NCBI GenBank assembly: GCA_017499595.2
Contig: CM039006.1
Coordinates: forward strand, 2,542,001-2,606,000
DNA: 64,000 nucleotides
From: Psilocybe cubensis
Taxonomy: Eukaryota
Direction of reading: 5' to 3'
Shown piece by piece: positions 53,781 through 64,000 of the stretch. The stretch's first letter is position 1; each line of letters begins with the position of its first letter. Below the pieces are notes generated by a model. That model saw nothing but the letters and a program-made list of their open reading frames with translations. It was not told where the DNA came from and did no database searches. Position numbers and translations under genes: made by a program.

Positions 53781-55381
53781 TTGAACAAGGCATCGCTTCT
53801 GTGTCGGTGCGTCGGTGTGGTGCGTATGTCGACGAGCGTGATATTGTCTGACGGGAACTGGCGGGCGCTGGGATCATGGTGGGGAGATAACGCAGGAAGT
53901 GGGGTTTACTGGTGAGAGAGGTAATGGTGCGTACGAAGGGAAGGGATTCAGGGAAGGGGAAGGGAATGGAATGAGGGAATGTGGGCAAAAACGTGCGGGT
54001 GAATGAAACGAAAGTCATTGGCTGTCAGATGTCAGAGATGTTAAATTTACGGGGGGACTGATACCAGTGAAGATGGAAAGAGGACCTCCCTTCTCCCTTC
54101 TCCCTACTACCCGCCGCCGACGCCCTACGCGCCTACACACCCACAAATATTCATATCGCCACAGATAATGATTACACGCGTGGCTATCGCCTGCCGTCTC
54201 CTCCTCCCTCTCTGTCCCTGGGCCTGAACTTTAACGCGTCCTCCCTCCTCCTCCTCAATACGCGCCATCCCTTTTGGGTCACTCCGGATGTCGCTTTACA
54301 ATCCTTCAAGTTGTTAGTTGTTGATGTTGCGGGGAGGGGTGGGGGCGGGACGCTAACACCTAATCGGCCATCGGATGGCGTCATGACCCGTGCGCCGTGA
54401 AATGGCAGATTCAGAAATAGAAGTAGATGCCCGACGAGCAGTGCCGCCAGTGCGTCTACTGCAGCACATCCGAGCTGCCTCTGGCATCCGAGTCTCGAGT
54501 CTCTCCTGCTTGACGCTCGACCGGTGACCGCATTCACCTCCACATTCACCTCACCCACCTCACCCACCTCACCCACTTCATCAGGGATCCCGCCCGCCCG
54601 CCGCGCCTCCCCTCCCCTGCTCTTCTCCTCTCCTCTCGCCTCCCAGGCTAGCTCCCACAGCTACAGCGCCAGCGCCAGCGCCGCGGAGAAGGAGACGGAG
54701 AAGTGAAGCACCATTTGCAGTTGCAGGGACAACAGCGTCAGCGTCAGCGTCGTGAAGAAGCGCCGTTTGTGCGATAGTGAGTAGTTAGTGACAGCGCCAT
54801 ACGCCACACGCCACACGCCATGGAGAAACGCCGTCCACGATCATACCAGTAGTAAGACACACTATATATTCGCGAACACTCTCGCTCTCAGAACCTGCAC
54901 ATCTCATAACATTCCTGAGTCCTGAGTCGGACCGGACGTTCGCTGCAAACTGCAAACTACAAACTGCAAAATACAAACTCATGTACTCAGCGATATCATC
55001 TGGATTCTGCCCGGCGATTGGCAATAATCGATAAACGCCAATATAAAGCATACATTTACTCTCGAGTCTCCACCATCGTTTCTATCTCTTACACGACATC
55101 CAGGTGATTTTGCACATATGATTCATGTAATGGTCCGTTTTGTTCTCGTTGGCTGACATCCTCCTCCTCCTCCTCCTCCACCCCTGTTGCTTCTGTTTTC
55201 ACTTTCTCCACCGCCTTGACCCTTGCTGGCATATCACCCAATTTATTGATCAAAATTAACAGATCCTGAGTACTGCATGTCCTTTCTCACTACTCGCTAC
55301 TAATACTATAGGGCCCTGGTGCACACTCTGCTTAGGGGGGAAGCTTGAGTCGTTTTATCCTGACAGTGAGAGTGACCTCTC

Positions 55382-55640
55382 TGTGACGGGGCGCGTTATT
55401 CACACGGGTCCCGGCACACTGTCGAAGCTCAAATGACTGGATAAAGTGGTCTATTCAAGCTCCGTCCTTCTACCTACTCTACCTACTGCTTATATACCTT
55501 ACTGTAGTACATACGTCATAGATAGAATAATGAGAGAAATATCAAATACGAAACTTGTGGAAAGCGATAGAAAACTGTGTCGCTCCGGCACGTCCATGCC
55601 GGATATGCTCGGCATTCCCTATTAGGATGCCGCCGTCACA
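55382..55640 (-). repeat. 3' LTR
   Basis: 259 bp, TG...CA ends with an 8-bp terminal inverted repeat. No difference from 57959-58217 was seen by eye. Confidence 0.95.
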
Positions 55641-57792
55641 TACGCCCTCCAGGCATTCCAAAGGAATGACTTATGTTGCCGCTTTCATGGGTGAACTCGA
55701 TAGGGCAAGATTTCTGACACTCGATACCTTGTTTAACCAAAGAATCTGCATCAAAAAGGGATGTAGCAATTTTCTCCGGCTCGAGGTCAACATCTTCATC
55801 CTGAAGTTGGGCTGTCACGGTTTGTGCAAGTTGTGTCCACCCGCCCTCCAAATCTTCGGATACGAGGATTTGATTAACGTGTAATTCGCTCAGTTCGACA
55901 TTAGTTCCTTGTGAGGCTGTAGTATCAATAGCAGAGTGGTCACTGTAACTGTAAATATCTGTGTTCAACCCTGTGTCTGCAATGTCACACATAGCCACTT
56001 CAACTTCCATGAAATATGATCCCAAACAACTGGCAGTCTGGTCTGTTGCTCCGTGGTGCTCATTCTCGCTATTACTATCGAGCGCACGGTCACGGTTGCT
56101 TACACTCGGTGACTCGTTATATGTAGACGAGATGTTTCGGCGAACATTCCTGCAGTGACGTCCGATATGCCCAGTTTTCCCGCATCTGTAGCATTTAATT
56201 TGGGCATTTCGGACATATCCGCTAGCTTTCACATTTGAATCCTGAGGTAAAGCTAACACCTTGTCTTCCTTGTCTTGATCTGAGTCATCATCTGTTCCCC
56301 CCGATGAAAGTTGACCATGATCACTGTCACTCGGCTCGTCGTCATTATTTACACCATAGTTGTTATCATGTGTCTTGTAGTCATATTTACCAGAAACATA
56401 GTATTGCTTATTGTATTTTATATATTGTCGTTGATTTCTTTCAATTTCATGCGCAACTTCATAGCGAGTAGCAATTCTAATGACTTCATCCCACGTGTTT
56501 TGCTCGTAGTCGAGTCCTTCCTTCCAAAGGGCGGATTGTAATTCAGGTTTCAATCCGTTCCACAAACGATCTACGCGTTGCGAAGGAGTAGACTTTCCCA
56601 CAATGCGGAATAAAATCAATAATTCGGCAGCATACTCAGCCACAGTCATTGATCCTTGAGAAAACTTCTCGAGTTTCTTTCTTTGTTTCAGTCTGTAATC
56701 GGGTGGGAAGCAATAATTATAAAGTTCAGTAAAGAATCGTCGCCTGTCCCAGGAGTCTACACTTATGGACACCATTGTAGAGTAGAATTTGTATGCTTTT
56801 CCGGCGAGGTAATCAGCACATTTCACTACTTGATCCTGGGGAGGTAATGCAGCCTCTTTACAAAATCTGTCACACTGAGTAATGTATTTGTAAAATTTCA
56901 TAAAGTCTGCATCGCCATGATACTTATCCGGGGCTGTAGGCGGTAACGGTTTGAATCTCGCGGGATTTATTATGTGTCCCTCGGTGTCCAACGGTCCCAG
57001 TGCTCGGGCGCTTAACTCGGCATGCTCCTTGCCGCTATTACCTTTCGGGTTGGCCAGAAGCTGTCCGAGTAAACTTTCCGCGGGTAACTGGTTGCTAGGC
57101 TTAATAGCCTCTGTCCGTCTAGCCTGCGTTTGTTGACGCGCCGCTTGCGTGATAAGATCTTCGACATCATGAGACATGGGAGTGGTGGATATACCACGTC
57201 TCTCAGTTTTCGGTTGAACTTCAATGGATTGATATCGTCTCGTGTATGCCTTCTTCATTTCAGTGAGTTTCCTTTCCATTTCCTGAATTTGTAAGTAATC
57301 ATTATCAATTGTAATTTCCTGCGATTCTTCGCGACCGTGACTGTTATCGGAGTCCTCTGGTGCACGGGAAACCTCAAAAATGCTACCATTCATATTAATA
57401 GCATTCTCAATTCTACTTAACCTATCCATCAAGGATGTAATGAGTTCCTTAGTTTCAGTAACAACAGTCTGTGCATCATTCACAGAGCTTCTATAGACAC
57501 TATTAATCTCAGTGTCTACCATATACCTATTCAAACTATTCAAGCTTAAGCTTCTACGAGCGCGCCTGGCTGCAGCGGCTGCGCTCCCGGTGTTGTTTGG
57601 ATTATTCCCGCGGTGGTCATCCCGACCACGCGCGCCGCCTTCCTCCATTCCGGTAGGCAAGGCTTCCTGCTTGGGGTCGTCACCTCTCGAAGCAGGGGGA
57701 TCCCAGTCAGACCCCGTGGTCGGCACGTCCCTGGCAGCCGCATGACTCCTCGGTGCTCGACCACTTCTCAATGTGGCTCCTCTGCTGGCCAT
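55636..57792 (-). CDS. Gag protein (retrotransposon capsid-like region plus CCHC zinc knuckle), 718 aa from the first ATG
   Basis: Intronless ORF with PDKYHGDAD..YLAGKAYKFY..W..F..EL...FSQGSMTVAEYAAE..LWNGLKPELQ and CYRCGKTGHIGRHC. The stop codon lies in the first bases of the 3' LTR. Confidence 0.92.
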   Translation of the reverse strand: MASRGATLRSGRAPRSHAAARDVPTTGSDWDPPASRGDDPKQEALPTGMEEGGARGRDDHRGNNPNNTGSAAAAARRARRSLSLNSLNRYMVDTEINSVYRSSVNDAQTVVTETKELITSLMDRLSRIENAINMNGSIFEVSRAPEDSDNSHGREESQEITIDNDYLQIQEMERKLTEMKKAYTRRYQSIEVQPKTERRGISTTPMSHDVEDLITQAARQQTQARRTEAIKPSNQLPAESLLGQLLANPKGNSGKEHAELSARALGPLDTEGHIINPARFKPLPPTAPDKYHGDADFMKFYKYITQCDRFCKEAALPPQDQVVKCADYLAGKAYKFYSTMVSISVDSWDRRRFFTELYNYCFPPDYRLKQRKKLEKFSQGSMTVAEYAAELLILFRIVGKSTPSQRVDRLWNGLKPELQSALWKEGLDYEQNTWDEVIRIATRYEVAHEIERNQRQYIKYNKQYYVSGKYDYKTHDNNYGVNNDDEPSDSDHGQLSSGGTDDDSDQDKEDKVLALPQDSNVKASGYVRNAQIKCYRCGKTGHIGRHCRNVRRNISSTYNESPSVSNRDRALDSNSENEHHGATDQTASCLGSYFMEVEVAMCDIADTGLNTDIYSYSDHSAIDTTASQGTNVELSELHVNQILVSEDLEGGWTQLAQTVTAQLQDEDVDLEPEKIATSLFDADSLVKQGIECQKSCPIEFTHESGNISHSFGMPGGRM

Positions 57793-57958
57793 GGTCTGAA
57801 ACAATAACGAAGTTAACACAAAAATGAAGTCCGTCACAACGTACCTGGTATCCTCGGGTGATCAAGCCGAAGGGGAACGCAAAGGTCGATGTCGGCGACG
57901 GCGGTGGAGAGTAAGAGAGTAAAGTAGTACGATGGGAATAGACGTAAAGTCAAAAATA

Positions 57959-58217
57959 TGTGACGGGGCGCGTTATTCACACGGGTCCCGGCACACTGTC
58001 GAAGCTCAAATGACTGGATAAAGTGGTCTATTCAAGCTCCGTCCTTCTACCTACTCTACCTACTGCTTATATACCTTACTGTAGTACATACGTCATAGAT
58101 AGAATAATGAGAGAAATATCAAATACGAAACTTGTGGAAAGCGATAGAAAACTGTGTCGCTCCGGCACGTCCATGCCGGATATGCTCGGCATTCCCTATT
58201 AGGATGCCGCCGTCACA
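57959..58217 (-). repeat. 5' LTR
   Basis: 259-bp copy of 55382-55640 with TATATAAG on the minus strand. Confidence 0.95.
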
Positions 58218-58374
58218 CTCTCCCGACCTCTCCCGACCTCTTTGACCAACCCACGCCACTAAAATTCTTCCTCATGAACTTGAAAAAATCATCGAAATTC
58301 TTGTTCTTGTTCTTGTTCCTCCGCATAACCAATTGGCAATTGAAATATATCAATAGGAAGAACTCGGGATTCAC

Positions 58375-58519
58375 CTGTCCATCTTGACTTCGACGGCGGC
58401 CCTGGTATATTATCCAGACTCCATCTGGTCCAGGCTCTATCTCTGAGTGTAGTAACAATCTTCCAGATCGATACGACGAATCCGGATATGATAATTGCTT
58501 GTAGTAGGAATAAGATCAT
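58375..58519 (-). pseudogene. Orphan first exon of a CYP5150-like P450
   Basis: MILFLLQAIIISGFVVSIWKIVTTLRDRAWTRWSLDNIPGPPSKSRWTG is followed by a phase-1 GTGAAT donor. It closely parallels exon 1 at 49284-49158. No further P450 exons are recognisable next to it. Confidence 0.8.
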
Positions 58520-58863
58520 GGATGTGTTGGAACTTGAAACGGATGGTAAACCCATGGTATTCAAGGCAATCGATGGACGCCTTTTATACGTTGACTATAA
58601 TAGATATGGCACAAGAGGGGAATTGGCGGTGTTATGTGGGACTTGTATCTCATGTCCCATCGTGCCTCTATACATAGCTCAGCAAGCCGATATATACAGC
58701 TCTGGTTGAACTTCCAGAGGAGGGAAGGAAGGTTTCATTTTCTAAATCTTTTCACTTTGCGATGATGTTTTCACCAAAAGTGTTATACTCTAATAAAAAT
58801 CTCCGGATAGTGATGACTATGATGAGGTTTGCTTAGCGGATACATGGCCGGTTCTCGCCTTGT

Positions 58864-60673
58864 TTACAATCCTAACCCATGTTCTGTCAATTCTTCGAAA
58901 AGCCGGCTCTGCGACGTAATCGAGACTCCGCAGTAATAGCTAGGCGCCAGAAAGAAACGTGATACTCAGGGTCATTTACCAATTTTGTTTCTCTGGCAGC
59001 CTGCGCCCACAGGCGAGTGATACGCGCAGTTTTGACGCCTAATGTTGCGATGATCAGAGATAGTCATGATAGAGGCGAAAGGCATATACAAGCAAAGAAG
59101 CCCACGAGGTTGAGTCTGATGATGATGTAGACCACAGCGATCGACCAACTGGTTCCCTCCCCTGATTTCAAGGCCATTCCACTTTTACAGAATGCTACGA
59201 TATTCACTTGACGCCGGGACATTTGTTAAAGACAGTTGATAGATACTGATACCAGGCTGAGAGGACCTACTGAGGTTTATTATGACACACAGTGTACTGT
59301 CCATGTACTCTTTACCCGCCAGAGTCCTCTTAGGCCCGAATTTATACTCTTTCACGTTATTTTGAGTTCTAATACTGTCAGATACTGATATCAGACGGGC
59401 GGAATCCTGTTACTTGAGATCCATAAACTCACAGAACCACAAGAATTAGTAGAGCAATAATCGAAAACGAGGAAGAGGCGATGTAGAGATTTGGCCCAAG
59501 GTGTCCATGATCTGACATATCCGCTTTCATACCCTACATCATTCAATACTGAAAGCAATCTTACACATAACCGCGGTGCTGCAAGCCATGGAACCAATGT
59601 GGGCCCCAGTAGCGATCCCTGTCACGCATAAGCATTGGAAAGACTCTCGAAATGGCGCTGGACAGAAATGGAGTCACACTGATTGACTTACAGCAGTACA
59701 TTGCTCGATCCTGCAGGAAGTCTCTCACACCTACTATTCCACTGGTGGATCGGAACGCATCAGCAATTATTTCCGTTTTAGGACATTGTGTAGCTTCTTA
59801 CAGATTCATTTTCTTCTCATTCACTGCCACTGCGGGCATTGGCTTCAATAACTACTGAGTATATTTTGAATAAATGATATTCTGAGTAATTTTATTTTTC
59901 AACATGTACTCAAGATATAACCCCTAGTAATTGTAGAAAAAATTTTCAGCCTTTGTTCAACATGTACAGAGGGATAAATATTGAATTTATGCAACTGAAC
60001 AAAGGTTGAATATTGTTTGAACTAACATCTACTATACTTGGTATACTATTTTTTACCAAAAATATGTTCGACCAAAACGTACACATGTTCTTTTGTAATA
60101 TAAAGAGCCCTTTCAAATCTGCCCTTTCTACCAATACTAGTGCTAATTAGTGATCATGAGTAAGACAAGGTGGTTAAGCTCATTTGTGGAGCTTATTATA
60201 TATTGTGACCTGGCCGGTACGTATGCATGTACATGTGTGGGTGTGTGTGGTTGAAGTTGGTGTTATAAGGTGGTGGCGGAGGGCGTGACGGGTTATTGAG
60301 CCCATGGCCAGTCATGTTGAGGTGTATGGCGGGCAGAGATAGGCGGTTCATTGTGGCGGATTGGTTTACCAGATTTAGATTACTATAATACGCAGTTGAT
60401 GGCTAGAAATATCCAAAAATATAAATAATCAACTTTGTTGGTCTCTCAACATGTATTCAAGCTTTAATCAGGACCAAAATTTCTTGTTTAGGATGCTGAA
60501 TACATTTTGAAAAAAAATTAAGTAAATGTTAAATATTTTCAAACTTTAACGAGCCGCAATACATTTTGAATAATTATTGAAAATAACGAACTACATTTCA
60601 ACATTTAATCATGTGGTTATTGAAGCCAATGCCCGCAGTGTGCGAGGGATGCAGCATTTTTGTTCTTGGTCAT
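58864..60673 (-). pseudogene. Uncharacterised membrane-protein paralog D, disrupted by a CACTG element and an in-frame stop
   Basis: MTKNKNAASLA[insertion]VNEKKMNL*...STSGIVGVRDFLQDR, with C-terminal ETKLVNDPEYHVSFWRLAITAESRI. The in-frame TAA is at 59800-59798. Confidence 0.7.
59828..60640. mobile_element. Non-autonomous CACTG (CACTA/EnSpm-like) TIR element, 813 bp
   Basis: Perfect 25-bp TIRs CACTGCGGGCATTGGCTTCAATAAC, a 3-bp TSD TGC (59825-59827 and 60641-60643) and an AT-rich non-coding interior. Confidence 0.92.
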
Positions 60674-61024
60674 CTACTTGGGGTATTCTAGCTGGTGTGG
60701 GGGGAAGGGGAAACAATGTGATTGATGAATAATTACAACCGCAGGATATTTATACAGTCATAATCTACACACTGGTAACAATAATAGCACTTTAGCATTG
60801 ACATCCTCAGCAAACCGTATCTAATGGCATGGTCCGAGTAAACACAAGAACAAATGCTAAGTAATCATGTACACGAGTCCCAATCACACCCTGAGAAATA
60901 ATATATTCCCACGCCTTCCAGGAAGCGGGAAGATGCCATTACACGTCGAACGACGGTTAATAGAGGCGTACACTACTAACAGTTACCAAAGAATACAGTC
61001 CAGAGTTCCTAGCCATAAACAAGC

Positions 61025-61950
61025 TTAGACAGGGAGCTGAACTTGCCTGTTGGCTTTACGATAAATCCGGGACTCCGCAGTCGTAGCCAAGTGCCAGGAA
61101 GGAACACGATGTTCCGGGTCGTTCACCATCTCCGTTCCTCTGGCAGCCTGTGCAGAGAGGCGGGTGATACGGGCTGCTTTGAAACCTAAAATTTTGCTGA
61201 TTGAAGATATGCGTAGAGGAGGAGGTTAGAGGGGACATACAAGCAATAAGACCAGCGAAATGAAGTCCAAATATCATCCAAACTAAACTCGACCACTGGC
61301 TAGGCTTTACACATGAAAGAAATAGTAGACAGTTTACTGTTGACGGAAACCGTCGCTCAGAAGCTTGGCAAGAATAAAATACCATGGAGAACCTACTGAA
61401 ATTGTACATGACACACATTCCTGCGTTTGTGTAGTGTTTACCCGCTAGAGTCCGTTTAGGTCCGACCTCAGATTTCGATACATTGTTTTGAGCTCGGATG
61501 CTGATGATTATATGAGCAAAATAATATCATTTGAGCAAGTCGGAGAACTCACAGCAATGCAAGAAATATAATACTGACGGACGAGTACGAGCAAGAAAAA
61601 GAGTAGACGATAGTAGGAGTTTGATTCTTATCTAAAATACCCATTCTCATGAAGTATAATAACATTGCGATACTGAAAGGAAGTCTTACAGAGAGCAAAA
61701 ATACTGCCACCTATAGAGCCAAGCTGGAAAATAATGCCCAACCCTATCATTCACATGAAATGGAATTTGGTTAAACAAATAACATTGGCAAGCTACAAAA
61801 GCATTTTGATGCCTCACAGTAGTATGTTGTACGGTCGTTCAGGAAGTCTCTCACACTTGTTCCACTGGTGGAAGGTCCTGGTTGTGCTGCTTCCAGACCC
61901 ACTTCTTTCTCATTTGTGATTAAAGGCTCATCGGTCTTGTTCTCTGCCAT
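61025..61950 (-). CDS. Uncharacterised membrane-protein paralog C (intactness uncertain)
   Basis: MAENKTDEPLITNEKEV...STSGTSVRDFLNDR, hydrophobic internal exons and C-terminal GTEMVNDPEHRVPSWHLATTAESRIYRKANRQVQLPV*. Confidence 0.55.
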
Positions 61951-62349
61951 CTCTCTGGGATATTCTAGCTGGTGGAGGAAGGGAAAACAATGCAGTTGAT
62001 GGATCATGTCTTTCCTCATTGCAGGATATTTATGAAGCCCCCAGGGTCAGCTGCAGCTTTCATCATCCTAGTATCCCTCTACTTGTATTATTTTTAATGC
62101 AGTGTGGGAAAAAGTCTGAACTGAGCATATTTCGGCCATGCTGCATCAACTTAAAATCGCAATCTATAGATACTTTCTCAAGTCGGCATACCGGCTGCTT
62201 GCTTTCGACTGTCTGTGGAGTTATTGTAATCGATAGTATCATCCATTCTCCGCGCACACCGTATCTAATGCTCGGCCCAAGTTTATACGAAAGGCTATGC
62301 TATGAACCTTCCAGAGCAGCCTCAGGCAAATTAGCGCCTAGTAACCTCC

Positions 62350-63301
62350 TCAAGCCAATTGTAATTGTCTGTTCTTTCTGCGACGGCAAGACTGTGACTC
62401 TTCCAGGGTAGCCAAGTGCCACGCGGGAACAAGGTGGTTAGGATCATGCACGCGATTGGTTCCGCGAACCTGGATCGCAGAGATACGGATGATGCGTGCA
62501 GTGGCCATGCCTAAATAATGGGCCGGTTAACTCACCAACTTGCGAGGAACAAGCTAAGGAATAGATACGCACAGGAGACTGCAGCGACAGCCAAGAATCC
62601 GATTTCCAGAGGAATGATGATGCCTTGCACAGGGCCATTGAACGCGAAGAGTTTGACCGAAGAAATGATCAGCAAGAAGATGCAGTTCACTGATTTTATT
62701 AGTTAGAGTAAAACATTTAGAAATGGGGTTCATTACCGCTGTTAATGGATGCACAGAAAGTGGCGCAAATGTAATGTGTTATAGCAGTAGTGGGGGTGTC
62801 CCCGTCCTTATTCTTTTGACTAGAGGATTTGGAATTTCTGAGAAAGTAATTAGCATGCTGGCTAACGTCTGGGAAATAAATACAAACAGTGATTTGACAA
62901 TGGTCAACGCCCACAATGAGAACCATCCAGACATAAACTCTTTATACAGAACTGGATTCACGCATCAGAAGGCGAGGAGTCCTGTTGGCACAACGCACTT
63001 ACCCTTTATCTCGTCGCGGTATACTAGGCTAAGCCCAAATACAATGCACGCCAGCGCCAGGTGAAAGAACTGAGCAATAAATGCGATACCTATGACGATT
63101 CTGAGAATATTGATAATAAAGAAAGCTGTCTATGTGCTCACGGGTGTAGGTAGATCTGTGCGACAATGGATCTGACAGTCTGCTGAATCCACAAGCACCT
63201 GAATCCGAGTCGCCGATCTGAACTTCAGAGTCTTTCTTTGCTGTGATTTCATTGTTCTCGCTCAGAAGCGGAGTCTCTTGTGCTACGATATTGTTGTCCA
63301 T
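62350..63301 (-). pseudogene. Uncharacterised membrane-protein paralog B, probably pseudogenised
   Basis: MDNNIVAQETPLLSEN..., TM-like AFFIINILRIVIGIAFIAQFFHLALACIVFGLSLVY and C-terminal GTNRVHDPNHLVPAWHLATLEESQS..QLQLA*. There is an in-frame TAG at 63132-63130 and apparent frameshifts. Confidence 0.65.
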
Positions 63302-63878
63302 TGAGGATTCGACACTGTGGTTCTTATGTTGGGTAAAAGTGAAGGACGTGGCTCAGTGATGGGTTTTGAGAACCTGAGGCTGTACTGAACTGAGCCATGA
63401 ATACAAACATTCCACGATCCACCAGTTCCGGCCGAAATAATGCGTTGAACAGATAAGTTAGTTAGCCAGTTAAAAGTCCTCACTTACCTCTCTCGTCTCT
63501 TCTATGGCGACGGTCCTGTGAGATCGCGTTGCGTTTTATGGTCGGCACCAATCAGCTTCATTTTGAAATTATTTTCGGGTCATGCGGCATGTCTCGGAGT
63601 ATGAATAGCGCAGATATGTTTAAACTCCGAATGGCCGGTAAATTAAAGCCGAAGCCTTGGCCGGGTTTTGGCAAATCCACGGAGTTATATACTCCATATT
63701 CAGTACTCAGATTCAAATGGACTTATCGTGTATGTCCTCATCGTCGTGCGCAGGGAAGATCAGATTGAACAGTCACATTTGTACAGTACAGAAGCTATAC
63801 TAGGAACCTTCTAGAGCGCCCCCCCCCCCCTCCTCCCCCGAGTCAGGCAAGCCTTGAGATTGGCACCTCCTGCCACTC

Positions 63879-64000
63879 TCAAACCAATTGTACTTGTCCG
63901 TCAGTCCTACGACAGAACGATTGCGACTCCTCCAGAGTAGCCAAGTGCCATGCCGGGACAAAATGGTTAGGATCGTGGACGAGCTCGGTCCCGCAAGCCT
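63879..64000 (-). CDS. 3' end of membrane-protein paralog A (truncated by the window edge)
   Basis: ACGTELVHDPNHFVPAWHLATLEESQSFCRRTDGQVQLV*. The nucleotide sequence resembles 62350-62470. Confidence 0.65.
   Translation of the reverse strand, partial: ACGTELVHDPNHFVPAWHLATLEESQSFCRRTDGQVQLV

Larger units (their letters stand above)
55382..58217 (-). mobile_element. Non-autonomous Gag-only LTR retroelement, 2836 bp
   Basis: Two 259-bp LTRs (TGTGACGG...CCGTCACA), a 5-bp TSD CTCTC (55377-55381 and 58218-58222) and a single gag ORF. No RT, RNase H or integrase is present. Confidence 0.95.

Noticed and set aside
52376-55380. ORFs in the repeat-rich stretch right of the xylanase
   Set aside because: They are dominated by microsatellite translations (FKVQGSR, IPIPIP, LTLTLT), and no coherent spliced model was found.
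58289-58564. First idea that this exon is the missing N-terminus of the P450 at 32168-34624
   Set aside because: The true exon 1 and exon 2 start lie at 49284-49080 and join in frame across the TSD. The 58.4-kb exon is a separate paralogous relic.

Overview
Intron-rich fungal DNA (short GT-AG introns, micro-exons and a gene set typical of an Agaricomycete). The left half is mostly ordinary genes: an MFS transporter, HIR1/HIRA, a CYP5150-like P450, a DUF4336-like protein, a C2H2+RING protein, a TPR/zf-MYND protein and HMG-CoA reductase, the last with a 1468-nt low-complexity intron. The most notable structure is a 14.4-kb KDZ/Zisupton-type DNA transposon (34633-49079). It is flanked by a GGGTCCTG direct repeat and has inserted into exon 2 of a second P450; joining the flanks restores the P450 frame exactly. 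Besides its transposase it carries four spliced cargo genes, including a stand-alone protein with two RNase H1 N-terminal-like (hybrid/dsRNA-binding) domains and a protein with a divergent MADS-box-like segment lacking the basic DNA-contact residues. Further right are a GH11 xylanase, a young Gag-only LTR element (259-bp LTRs that look identical, 5-bp TSD), an orphan P450 first exon, and a tandem array of four paralogous uncharacterised membrane-protein genes, one hit by an 813-bp CACTG element. All gene models were spliced by eye and all family assignments come from motif recognition; no database searches were run.
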